Below are positions 1-11,929 of a stretch of DNA of 64,000 bases, piece after piece (the stretch's first letter is position 1; each line of letters opens with the position of its first letter). The stretch covers positions 42,209,788-42,273,787 of the forward strand of contig JARDVH010000099.1 of the NCBI GenBank assembly GCA_030324005.1. The letters run 5' to 3'. Both the position numbers and the translations under genes were made by a program. The notes beneath the pieces are model-generated. The model was not told the DNA's origin. It saw only the letters and a list, made by a program, of their open reading frames with translations, and ran no database searches. This DNA is from Negaprion brevirostris (Eukaryota).

Positions 1-79
1 TTCCCTCATTGAAAAAATGTGCGAAATTCTCTCCTGTTTTCAAGCTTGTTTGGCACTTCGTTTTTTTGGTAAGATTGCC

Positions 80-2165
80 ACCGTTGTGTCTATCATGGAT
101 GTACTTGAAGTATCCTTGAGTAATTATCTGATCAGAAACTAGTCAATGACTGGGAAATAGTCATTACCATGGATAGTGAGTAAATCCGTTGTGATTTCAG
201 CTCAAGGCCAAAGATATGTGGGTTAGGTTGATTGGCCATGCTGAATTGCCCCTTAGTGTCAGGGGGAATTTGCAGGGTAAATACATGGGGTTACGGGGAG
301 AGGGCACTGCAGGGATTCCATGATTCTAAGGGCATAATGGAATTTTATTGGACTGTAAATGTTCTTTGGGTTGATGTGGCTGGTGTCTCTGGCATGCTTT
401 GCACATTCTCACTGACTTCTTGATATCATTGTTGATCCCTGGCCAATATACAGCATATCTAAAGGCAAATTGCTGCAGAGACTGAAATCTGAAACTAAAA
501 CAGAAAACACTGGAAAATCTCAGCAAAGTGGGGCAGCATGGTGGCAGAGTGATTAACACAGTGCCAGGGACCCAGGTTCAATTCCAGTTCGAGTCACTGT
601 CTGTGTGGAGTTTGCAAAGTGTCCCTGTGCCTGCATGGATTTTCTCCAGGTTTCTTCCCACAGTCCAAAGACGTATGGGTTAGGTTGATTGGTGGCTAAG
701 TTCTCCCTTAGTGCCAGAGGGATTATAAGGTTACATATGTGGGGTTATGGGGGTAGGGCCTGGGTGGGATTGTTGTTGTTGCAGGCTTGATGGGCCAAAC
801 GGCCTTCTTCTGCTCTGTAGGGGACTCTATGATCCTCAAGCTAAGTCTGACAGCATCTATGGAGCCAGAATAGAGCCAACGTTTTGAGTCTTGACGAACC
901 TTTACTGGAGCTCAGTATACAGTATACAATATACCTAGCCAGGTACCTTGTTTCCTCTATGTCTATATGCCCTTGTTAACTGGTTGTCCTGGCAAAGAGT
1001 TTTGGGTACAAGCACTTACTTTTCCTTCAAAAATTACATCTCTTGAAATACCCAGTTCATCTCTATACAGCCAAAACCATCTGAGGGTTTTGGGCATTTC
1101 TTGTATCAAGCCAACATTCTGCAATGATTTTCCATGATGCCTTCAGTCATGAATCATTTGCTGTTCCCTCCTGAAGTTAGTTGCAGTGTGTTAACCAAAA
1201 GTCATCAGCTTGACTTTGAGTATGTCTCCTGTGCCATGTCTGCACCACTTAGAGACATGTGCAATTATTTTCAGATTGGGTAACCTGCTCAGTGTGTCTA
1301 AAGTAACCACCACGTTTATAATGGATTTCAAAGTTATAGCTGTGTATTTGGATCAGATGTTGTTGTAGTCTGGATGGTGCTCTTATCAGTGGCCAAATCA
1401 ATTCCAATGATTTGTGGTCAGTTTCCACAATGAATCATTTACTAAATAGAAATATGTGGAACATTGTGATACCAAATATCATAGTGAGTGTCTCATACTT
1501 CATGTTTGAATAATTGGATTGCACTTTTGATAGGCATTTGGAATCAACTGCAATTGTTTTGCCATCTTGCATAATATACACTCCTAATCCTTTTTTTAGA
1601 TGTGTCGACTTCTAAAATCGTCTCCTTTCTTCGGTTGTAGTATTGTAAATAATGCATCTCTCTTGACAATGCCTATTTAAATGACTCAGACATGACTTGA
1701 TGGTCCTTCTGCCATTCACATGGAATATACTTCCTCAACAGCTTTTTAAGTGATAATTACTCTATCGGCAAAGTAGGGTGCATGGTGCTAAGAAATTGAA
1801 AAATCTGAGGCATCTCTGCAAGTCGTCTTTGTCTGGGGAAGTTAGCACGGGTTGTACATCTTTGCCTGGGTCAAGATGAATCCTGGAGCTTGAGTATATA
1901 GAACAAAAAAAGTTAATCTGACCCTCAATCACCTGGCATTTCTTGCTGTTCGAAACAAGTCCTTCATGATGAGCTGTTGCCATCAGTGAGTGCAAATTAT
2001 GGTCATACTCATCTTTGGTTTTGCTCATCACCACAATATCATCAATGAAGCATACTCATGTGGGATACTTTCTGTAATTTTGCCCATTTGCTGCTGGAAC
2101 AGATGCTGATTGATGAATAAACCAAAGGATAATCTCTGGAAGGAAGCAGTGTCTTCAGAATGGTG
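80..2165 (-). mobile_element. Degenerate Ty3/Gypsy LTR-retrotransposon pol (RT, RNase H, integrase zinc finger), interrupted by SINEs and a fold-back element
   Basis: LPFGL..IDDIVVMSKTKDEYDHNL..NSKKC (RT); ETDHK (RNase H); VYWPGINNDIKKSVRMCKACQ (integrase H2C2); many stops and frameshifts. Confidence 0.85.
531..832 (+). mobile_element. HE1/V-SINE-type tRNA-derived SINE with CR1-type tail (3' fragment also at 208-326)
   Basis: tRNA head ggtggcagagtg...ggttcaattcc, V-domain gtctgtgtggagtttgca...cccacagtccaaaga, tail gggccaaacggcc...ctgtaggga..ctatga. Confidence 0.85.
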
Positions 2166-3224
2166 ACCACTATGGGACATGAGGCTATTAAACGTCTATT
2201 ATAAAAGAGAGAACTTTCTTCAAAGTTCCTGCAAGTAAAAATGTAAGTTGACTTTGCCAGTCACTATAAACTATATCATTCACTATTTTATTTGTACTTC
2301 TCATCCATGCTGTAGTAGCAAGTTTTTGTTTCCAGTGCATGCATTTTGTAAAATAATGTAAAATATTAACTTCTGTTTAAAATATTATTACAAAAATAGG
2401 CACAAATAATAAAGTACATTTTGGAGGTGTTAAATGGAAATAGAGACTAGGTCTGATTACTCACTACATCTACTTAATAAAATTTATGCAGTGTTAAAAT
2501 GTTTGAACTTGCCATGGTATGGATGTCATTTATCCACTTTTGCCATCTAGTATAATTGTACAACAGCTCTAGCAGTTACCAAGAGATTCTAAGTGAATCT
2601 CCCATGTAAGAATATCGCCATAAAAATCATAATTGGAAAAAGTGTCACTAATTCTCATCAGTTTAACACAACAACAATTTCAAAAGGAAAGCTCTCTATT
2701 TGACTGAGCTGCTCAACGTTCACAATACAGACAACACAAGAGCCCAAGTTCTTGTTACTATGGTAATGACTGAGATTATAGATTTTAATGCAATCTTATG
2801 TAGTGCTGCTTTATTGTATTCCAAAAAATATGAATTGCATCATTAAGAATTACATGGAATGATAGAGCTGTACTTCATGTTTTAAATGATTATGGAATTA
2901 ATTTATTTTCTGACAGATCCAACTTAAAGTGGAAAAACATCCTGAGCACCAATAAGCTATGATGCCTTGTGCACATTTTATAGAGATTCAAACCATGATT
3001 CTCCAACCTTGCACATGGCTGGGATAATCTGGTCCTGCCGCTGCGAACGGAGATTTGGCCAAGCATCAAATTCTCCATTCTCACTTGCAGCGGTAGCAGG
3101 GTGAGCGAGACTGGAGAATTACAANNNNNNNNNNNNNNNNNNNNNNNNNNNNNNNNNNNNNNNNNNNNNNNNNNNNNNNNNNNNNNNNNNNNNNNNNNNN
3201 NNNNNNNNNNNNNNNNNNNNNNNN

Positions 3225-3580
3225 ATCCCTCCTACCCTTTTTAAACAACGGTACCATGTTAGCTATCCTCCAGTCCTCTGGGACCTCACCTGTGTCCAAA
3301 GGAGAGACAAAGATTCGCGTCAGAGTCCCAGCAATCTCATCCCTCGCCTCTCTAAGCAGCCTAGGATAAATGCAATCAGGCTCTGGAGATTTATTGGTCT
3401 TAATGCCCTCTAAAAGCCCTAACACTTCTTCCCTCATAATCAATAGATGTTTCAATCAGTCTACCGCTCCCTCAATGACTGTACTAGACATCAAGCCCCT
3501 CTCCTTCATGAAGACCGACGCAAAGTATTCATTCAGGATCTCCCCCATTCCCTCTGCCTCTAAGCACAATTCCCCACGTC
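3225..3580 (-). mobile_element. CR1 LINE ORF2 fragment
   Basis: KTNKSPEPDCIYPRLLREARDEIAG...VPEDWRIANMVPLFKKG. Confidence 0.92.
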
Positions 3581-6452
3581 TGTCCATTCCAGCCATATTC
3601 TTTTTTCATCTTTTGGAGTACGAACCACGAGTTACCTGGCCTTTGCCTGGCCCAGATTTTGACTACCTAAGGCCATTGCAATCCTTACAGAATGAACATT
3701 GATTAGCCATAACATTTAGTCACTTTTGAGTTGGTCGATTGTCAGTTTTGAGTGACTGAGCATCCCATCTCCTGACAGATCGCTGACGTTTAAGAAAAGA
3801 GGGAAATAATCTATTTAAAACAAATATGAAATAAAATTAGATTAGGTTGGTAGTTAAGAAAAGTTGTAAAGCTAAAATAATCAAAATGAAAGAGTTATAT
3901 GAAGAAGAGGAAAGTGGAAATAAGATGGCAAGTAAAATTTAAAAGCATATTTTGGTAAAGTTTGTAGTCAGAGCATCACTTCTCAGCTGAATTGTAACAG
4001 ATATTAGGGTGGAATTTTCCTGTCCTGCCAAAATTGAAACCAGGCCCCAGGTGCTGTGAGGCAGCAATGCTAAACACTGTGGCAGCGTGTTGCCCATTGT
4101 TGTCACTTTTGGAGTTTCTTATTTATTAATTAAATTTTTCCCCTTAATTTGTTTATTTCCCTCACACTTCAAACAACAATTAGAATGTTCTAAATACCAT
4201 TTATACATTTATTTAATACAAATGTAATACAGCATTATATGGCATTGTGTGGTGGGTAGGCTGTAAATTCACAACGTAACCATAATTTGTATGACATCTT
4301 CTGGCAGAAGGGGAAACAATCCAGTTCTTGAGTTATGGCCATACTGAATTTTTGTACCATGGATCATTCTTCTCTGAAACATTCCGATCAGCAATTCAAT
4401 CTACATATTTTTCTGACTTGCCGGTAGATGTCTGGTTGATAAATCCTGGGGATAGCATCACTAACACAAAAGGGGCAGATGCAATTTATGGTATATTTTG
4501 AGTTGGTGCCAGAGAAGTCAGAGTGGTAAGGTTGTATTAACTACAGAGTAGCTACAAATGTTTTGTAAAGGTAGTGGTTCCTTAATAGCCATTTTCCTAA
4601 CATCAGTTAATTGCAGTGTGATTAATTATTCTCAGAGAATCAGCATCAGGACATTAATTTCACCATTGCTACATCGCTCTGCCTACCACATGCAGATGTA
4701 ATGAAAGAATGGCAAAACCTATATTTAGACATCACCTTTCATGATTTAGTGTTTTTGAGTTGTTTTTGTGACATAATGGAGGAAATGTTATACGGCAGTA
4801 CAGGCTTCAGGGGCTGAAATGCTTACTCCTGTTCCTAATATGTAGGATGGATGGATTAGAGAGGTTGAGCTAGATGGCCTTTATCATCTATAATTATCTT
4901 ATGAATGGAGGCTGCAGCCATGGTTGGTGTCCTGTTTATTTTGTTACGGAGGTTTATTCTGAGCAGATTTTACAGGGTCAGATTTCCAGGAATGGACTGC
5001 CCGATGGGCTGATGGTGAATCAGTAACCGTTTTTACACTGCACATGATTATCAAGAGTTTTTTCTATTGAATTCATTCTTGTCCTTTTGCCTATTCACCT
5101 ATTATCCCACTCTACCATATGAGTTGTTGAGGTATTGAAATATCATAATGAAGTTGTATTGCACAGTGTTCATTGAATATACATTATAGTGAGAAGTAGA
5201 GTCTTCAGACCTGCTTATCAAAAGAACACAAGTACACTTCTGAACCATTCAGTCTTTGTCCTGTGGCCTCTTCAAAGTCATCACACAGGGACACCTGAAG
5301 GACCCAATGCTTCTCACTGACACAGAAAACAGAAGTTGTTTAATTATTCCACTTTGTTGCTCAAGAGTCAGTTTCTCTTTCTTTGTTGTGAGATAATAAG
5401 ATAATTACACCCTTGTCCGAAATAATTATATTGAATAATATAATGCATCCAGGCAGGAGAAAGTCTTCTATTTCTCCTACAGAGTGAAAAAGATCTTGTG
5501 CAGTATTGAATATTCTTCCCAAAAATGAATTTTCTGTCACCTTATCCATATGGTGCAATGTACAGAACATGTTAATGAGGGCTAAGGCAGTCACCAAAAT
5601 TAGTGTTACTGCCTGCACAGTGTTATAAATAACTAATGGAATATTAATAATTTTGCCCAATGGTGTTAAGTTAACATTTGTACTCTCTGGTTTGTTTAAT
5701 CGTCATGGTGGAATCACCTCTGGTGTGTAAACAAACCAACATTTGCATTATATCAGTACTGCTCTTAATATCAATGCCTTTTACTGCATGTATAACCATA
5801 TGCAAACAGCATGTACTATCATTTTACTAGGACCTTTCTGTAATTGTTTGGTTTAATGATTGGTGAATTTTGAAAGGGTTAAATATATCCATGCACAATT
5901 AAGGGGGAGGGTTGAGGGTGGGGTGGGAATAATGAACCCAGAAACAAGAGAACTTATGATTTCTCCCCTTGGCCCTGTTGCGAAAAATAGGAAATAGCCA
6001 GAAAAAGAAAGTGTGCTTTGAAGAAATCACTGACAGCAGTCCTAGGAACAATAACACATTTTGCATTCTGTGTTTTTTAAGATAGCCCCGTGAGCATAAT
6101 TGTTCTCCCTATGTCTCCCTGCAAATGTTTCTTCCCTTTAATAATGTATCTGGCACTTCAATAAGCACAACTCTCCAACGTAATCCTTTGGTGCAGGCCC
6201 ATGCACAGAGATGATCCTTTGGATTTCCTGCTGTCTAAAATAATGAGCTGCTCATTAGCATCCAGAATGTGCTGTCAAAATAGTTTGAAGCGCTCACTGG
6301 TGGTTATTAGACAATGCAATTACTCTAATGTAAACACTGGGTGAAGATTCATCTCGTCATTTCATACATTTATTCCCAGCAATCCTGAGCTATCCTCCCT
6401 GTATCTTTTTAGTTTCCTTTTGTCATAACATTTATATTTCTTTGCATCTGCA

Positions 6453-7190
6453 TTTTATGAAACCCAAGCTTGTTGGACGCAGAGATTGGGAATTCCAAGT
6501 CCCTGACAAACCTCTGACTTCCCACCCACATGCAGACCTGGAGTGGGCTGTATGTACTCAATTCAGCGGGTCTGGGTCTTTAAGTACTTTAGACCCAGGA
6601 TAAATCCGGTGTGCCTGTGCATAAAGAGAGAGAAATGGGAAATGGTGCCAAAACCTGGATGTGGTGACTGGCAGCAGAAATTCCATAAAGACTATTGTTC
6701 CAAGCAGGGGACAGGGAGAGGGTGCAGGGTGAGATTCCAAAAAGAGGAGAGCAGACTGAGAGATATCTCGAAAGGAAGTCTCAAATCGGGGATAGAATCA
6801 GGTCATAGTTAAGGTAATAGAAAGGAGCAGAGAAACAGGCTCCAATGGGAAAAGGATGCGGAGAAAAAGTGGTGACAAGATTGCGACACTGTGAGATGGG
6901 CTGTCCCTGATAATCGGAAAAAGCTCAAGGGAAGCCATGAAAATCTAAGGAACAGCTGAAGGTTGGTAACTCCATGCTGTGGGTTATTGCAGCAAAGGTA
7001 CCCCTTTGGAACAGCAGTGTTCTGCTCAACATGGCTGAAGATCTGAAATTGTATCTGTGATTTGGTGCTTAAGTGCACACTAGGGACTCCAGGAAAACAG
7101 AATCTTGGGAGGCAAGATAAAAATGCTACAAGGTGAGCCGCCATTGAATCTATGCAGGTTGGAGTGACTAGAGAGAATTCCAAGGCGAGA
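6453..7190. mobile_element. LTR-like repeat, inverted relative of 32267-33525
   Basis: The start ttttatgaaacccaa resembles the reverse complement of the 33525 end. 6990-7075 is similar to the reverse complement of 32980-33075. Right end uncertain. Confidence 0.55.
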
Positions 7191-7769
7191 TACAAGAATA
7201 AAGAACTGTATATCACAGGAACAGGCCCTTCAGCCCTCCAAGCCTGCACTGATCACGTTTACCTATCCAGACCAACTGCTTATATGCCTCCATTGCCTAT
7301 TTGTTCATATAACTTCAAAGTTAAAGATTGGAATCCTTTGTGAGAGAAAAAGTTTCAGTGAGATTGATTGACTCGATATGAGTAATGTCTGAGTGGGCTG
7401 TGGTGCAATCCGTGGACTCTATCTTGGTTCCAACTGCTATTTATTGTGATGCTGAATTCAGACAGAGCTCATTTTTGCTGCAGCAAGGGCCTTATCACGC
7501 AATTGGGAGCCACACGTTTATGGAGATGTAACTGCTCATAAAGGGTGGATAAGGTGTGTAGAATGGATAAGCTGTCAAGTTGTTTAAAGCTCCAATCCTC
7601 TAAAGATTATAAAAATCCACCTGCCTGTGTCAGGGTTGAAAACTTATGTTCCAACAGTTGCAATGGCTGTTTGTTGACCTGATTCCAAGGGTTATCGTCA
7701 TATCATTATTAATTGTTGGCTGTTTTCCACAACCTTTTTCCAGAAAAAGGATTAAAATGGAGGGAAAAA

Positions 7770-9465
7770 ATAGAGGATGAGAAAAAGGTAGCCAAAAATA
7801 TACAACCAGAAAGTAAGTCTGGAGAATTGATAATGGAAAACAAAGAAATGAATTGAATAGGTATTTTACATCAATCTTCACTATAGAGGATATAAGTAAT
7901 ACTGCTGAAGCAGCTATAAACCAGGAAATGGAAGGGAGGGAGGAACTCAGGAAAATTACAATCACCGGAGAAATGGTTGGAGCTGCGGACTGACAAGTGC
8001 CTGAGACTTGGGTCCTCATGGACTTCATCCTAGGGTTTTAAAAGAAGCAGCTAGTGAGATAGTTGATGCATTGGTTTTAATTTTCCGAGATTCCCTAGAT
8101 TCGGGGAAAGTCCCATTAGACTGGGAGACAGCAAATGTAACTCCATTATTCAAAAAGGGAAGGAAGACAGAGACTGGGGAACTACTGTATTAAGTCAGCT
8201 TAATATCTGTCACTGAGAAAATGTTAGAAGCTATTATTGAAGAAGTTAGAGCAGGACACTTGGATAAGTTCAAAGTAATCAGACAGAGTCAACATGATTT
8301 TGTGAAAAGAAAATCATGTTTAATCCATTTATTAGAGTTCTTTGAGGAAGTAACATGTGCTGTGGATAAAGGGAACCAGTAGATGTACTCTAATTAAATT
8401 TCCAGAAGGCATTTGATAAAGTGTCATGTCAAAAATTATTGTAGAAAATTAAAGCTCATGGTGTTGGGGGATGGGGAGGGAAGGGTGGGGCGGGATGGGG
8501 CAGGTAACATATTGGCATGGATAAAAACTTGGTTGACTAACAGGAAACAGAGAGTAGGCGTAAATGGTTCTTTTTCCAGTTGGCAAGATGTAAGAATGGT
8601 GTACCACAGAGAATCAGTGCTGGGACCTCAACTGTTTACAGTTTATATAAATGACTTGGATAAAGGGATGGATGAGATGGTTGCCAAATTTGCTGATGAT
8701 ACAAAGGTAGGTAGGAATGTAAGTTGTGAAGTGAACGTAAGAGGACATAAAAAGATATAGGTAGGTTGAGTGAGTGAGCAAATATCTGGCAAATGGAGTA
8801 TCATGTGGGAAAATGTGAAATTGTCCATTCTGGCAGAAAGAATAAAAATGCTTATTATCTAAATAGTGAGAGGTTGTGGAGCTCTGAGATGCACAGGGAT
8901 CTGGGGTGTCTTAGTTCATGGATCACAAAAGGCTCGTGTGAAGGTCCAACAAGTAAATAGAAGAGTTAATAGAATGTTACCATCTATTGCGAGGGGATTG
9001 GCTATAAAAGTAGGGAGGTTATTCTTCAGTTGTACAGAGCATTGGTGAGACCACATCTGAAGGTTGGACAGGCTCGGCTTGTATCTTCTGGAGTTTGGAA
9101 GAGTAAGAGGTGACATGATTGAAACATGTAAGATTCTGAGGGGATTTGACAGGATGGATGAGAAGAGGATGTTTCCACTTGTGGGAAAATCTAGAACTAG
9201 GGGTTATTGTTTAAAAATAAATGGTTACCCATTTAAAACAGAGATGAGATTAAATCTTTTGTCTGCGAGGGTCATGAATCTTTGGAACTCTCTTCCTCAA
9301 AAGGTGGTGGAAGCAGGGTCTATGGATATTTTTAAGGCTGAGGTGGGTAGATTCTTGGTAAGCAAAAGGATGATAGGTTACCAGGGATAGGTGGGATGCA
9401 GATTGGAGGGTGCTATCAGATCAGCCAAATGATGGGGCAATGGTCCACTCCTACTTCTTGTTTCT
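7770..9465 (+). mobile_element. CR1 LINE 3' portion (RT to 3' tail), degenerate, with an internal deletion near 9060
   Basis: GLHPRVLKE..VPLDWETANVTPLFKKG; SVLGPQLFTVYINDLD..KFADDTK; LEFGRVRGDMIETCKIL..VMNLWNSLP. Confidence 0.93.
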
Positions 9466-10171
9466 AAAGCAGGGAAATAAATAGTGAGGGAGATATCTCA
9501 TGTAGTAGAAGGACAGCAAGTGTTTAAAATAGGATAGGAAAAGGTTAAGGGCTTACTTGAAGTATAGTTGGCTGAAATCTTATTTCCAATATTAAATAAG
9601 GACAATGTGAGTCCACAAAAGCAGATGAACAGAAAGGGAGTGTGATGCCTCTCCAGTCAATAAGTCACAAGGAAGTGTAGCTGGAATTGCATGACCACAT
9701 AAGGAAAGAAGTGTTCCAGGAATCATGGAACAAGTTAGGAGAGCTCCCCTCCAAAGTCAAAGACTCGAACTAGGACATCATTGATTGGCCTGACCAGTAG
9801 CTTTATGGCAAACTTAAATGTAGACCAGAAAAGTTCCCAAATTGACCCAGAAAGAGCGAGGGTGAGGCCTCACTTAGTTGAAGGCCACCAGGAGATACAG
9901 CAAGAGCCAGAAGGGAGTAGTATCTCAAAAGACATGAGATCTATCCCCCAAATGACCAGCAGAGGGGCCGCAGCCAGATTGGACCCCATGTTTGCCCCTT
10001 TTTTTTTGCAGAATGACAAGGTGACTGGACAGGGTTAATCTTGTACTTAAAATGATCGAATGACAACCCATCAAGCTACTACCCTGTCGGTCTACCCAGT
10101 ATGGATGAGAGAGAACTCTCCCAAAAGGCCATATTTCCATCATCCAGAACCAGGAGGTTTAAAGTTTTAAA

Positions 10172-10447
10172 GATAAAGTTTATTTATTAGTCACAAGTAA
10201 GGCTTACATTAATACTGCATTTAAGTTACCGTGAAATTCCCTTAGTCATCACACTCCGGCACCTGTTCAGGCCAATGTACTTAACCATGTCTTTCAGACT
10301 GTGGGAGAAAAACAGAGAACCTGGAGGAAACCCACACAGACACCCAGAGAATGTGCAAACTCCACAGAATAACCCAAGCTGGGAATCGAACCCAGGCCCC
10401 TGGTGCTGTGAAGCAGCAGTGCTAACCATTGTATCACCATGCCACCC
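10172..10447 (-). mobile_element. V-SINE with alternative (non-CR1) tail; second copy at 48989-49232
   Basis: Same tRNA head and V-domain as HE1, but the tail reads gggaatttcacggtaact..gcagtattaatgtaagcc..cttgtgactaataaataaac. Confidence 0.8.
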
Positions 10448-11544
10448 AGATTCAGAGTCAACTGCCTGCCTGTTGCCGCACCACCCAAAGCACATTGTAA
10501 CAGAAACTGGAACTCTTCAGTTGTATTCGCGCCTAAGCTGATCCCTGAACCAGAACCCCTAAAGAGGCCAAAGTCAGATTAAAACACCCCAATCTCCTGA
10601 CAATCAGCCTATTCACTATCCTTGGGTCTGATCAGCTGAACCCACAGGCTACCAAGGTGCACAGAGAAAGACTATACTGGACAAGAGCACTTCAGTGGTC
10701 ACAAAGTGAAATGCTCAGTAGCTTTCTGCTGATATAGCTTAACCATCACTTGCCCCTGAGTGCTAACCACTCTGGAAACCCCTTTAGTGGACATTTAGTC
10801 AGGAATTGGGCAGACAGAGTTCTGAAGCCAATGGCTTCGCTTAGGCCTGATCCCCGATAGAGAAAATTCAGAACTCGAGCCCTGTGTAAACTTTGCCATA
10901 CAGATGAATTTTGAATTCTCCTAAGTCACTGAAATCTTCCAAATCCTGGGACCAGACAATAAGCTTACTGATGCACTGTCCTGGATTTAATCCTTGAAAA
11001 CACAGAAGGGAATTGGCATTGTCCTTGCTATCTGTGTGCCCAACATGCCAGTGTCAGTGAGAGAAATTTATGTACACTTCCTCACTTCCTTCTTCAGATC
11101 ACGTTAAAAAAATGAAATAGAATTGTTTTTCTCTGGGGCAGTGAGGTATTTTGGGGGCTAAGATATAACTCCATATTTTTCTAGTATATATATATGTATA
11201 TAATTGGAGTTAACTTAGAAAATCTTAAAAATTGGAGAAAGGCCTTTCAATGATTGAAACCAAGACTGACTATGATTCAAACAAAAGAAAATTTCTGGCT
11301 TTTGGAGCTGAGACCTCGTTATCTCAGAAGGTTAGAGAAGAGATAGCAAAGGCACAATTACATATGTATAAAAAATCATTGTAGAAAGGAACACAGACAG
11401 TTTATGTTTCACGTCTGTATAGAAGGTAATAACCTTTTATGCAGATATTGGTGATGAATTAAAACACTGCCTTTGAGGGTTGTGGAAGAAGAGATGATAA
11501 ATAATTTCAAAAGGGAATTGGATAGGCATTTGAGGGAAATTGTT

Positions 11545-11885
11545 GGAAATACACAGCAGGTCTGGCAGCATCAGTGGAAAGAGAAAGTGAGTTAATCGCC
11601 GAAATCTTACCAGCTTGCCAGCCATGAGAATCAGAGTGGGCGAGGAGTGGAACATGGGAAGATCCGCTGACCTCAGGCAGGATTTTACGGTTTCAGGGTG
11701 AGCAAGGCTGTAAAGTCCCATCCAAATTTCAGGTTGATCACTTTTTGTCTGGAGGAATTCTGACGAGTTCTAACCAAATTTCATCAACCTGAAATTTCAA
11801 CTCTATTTTGTCTCTCTCCACAGATGCTGCCAGACCTGCTGAGTATGTCCAGCATTTTTGATTTTATTTCAGATTTACAACTTGC
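11545..11885. mobile_element. Fold-back (inverted pLTR) Penelope-derived element with hammerhead remnant
   Basis: Inverted arms cagcaggtctggcagcatc / gatgctgccagacctgctgag; CTGACGA 11760-11766, GAAA 11791-11794; unrelated insert at about 11600-11725. Confidence 0.65.
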
Positions 11886-11929
11886 ACCTTCTTAGAACAA
11901 AAAGCAGAGAGTAAGGATTAAATGCAGTT

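Noticed and set aside
9640-11200. Possible additional LTR-like element around the SINE at 10172
   Set aside because: Composition is suggestive, but I could not identify both termini, a TSD or a second copy.
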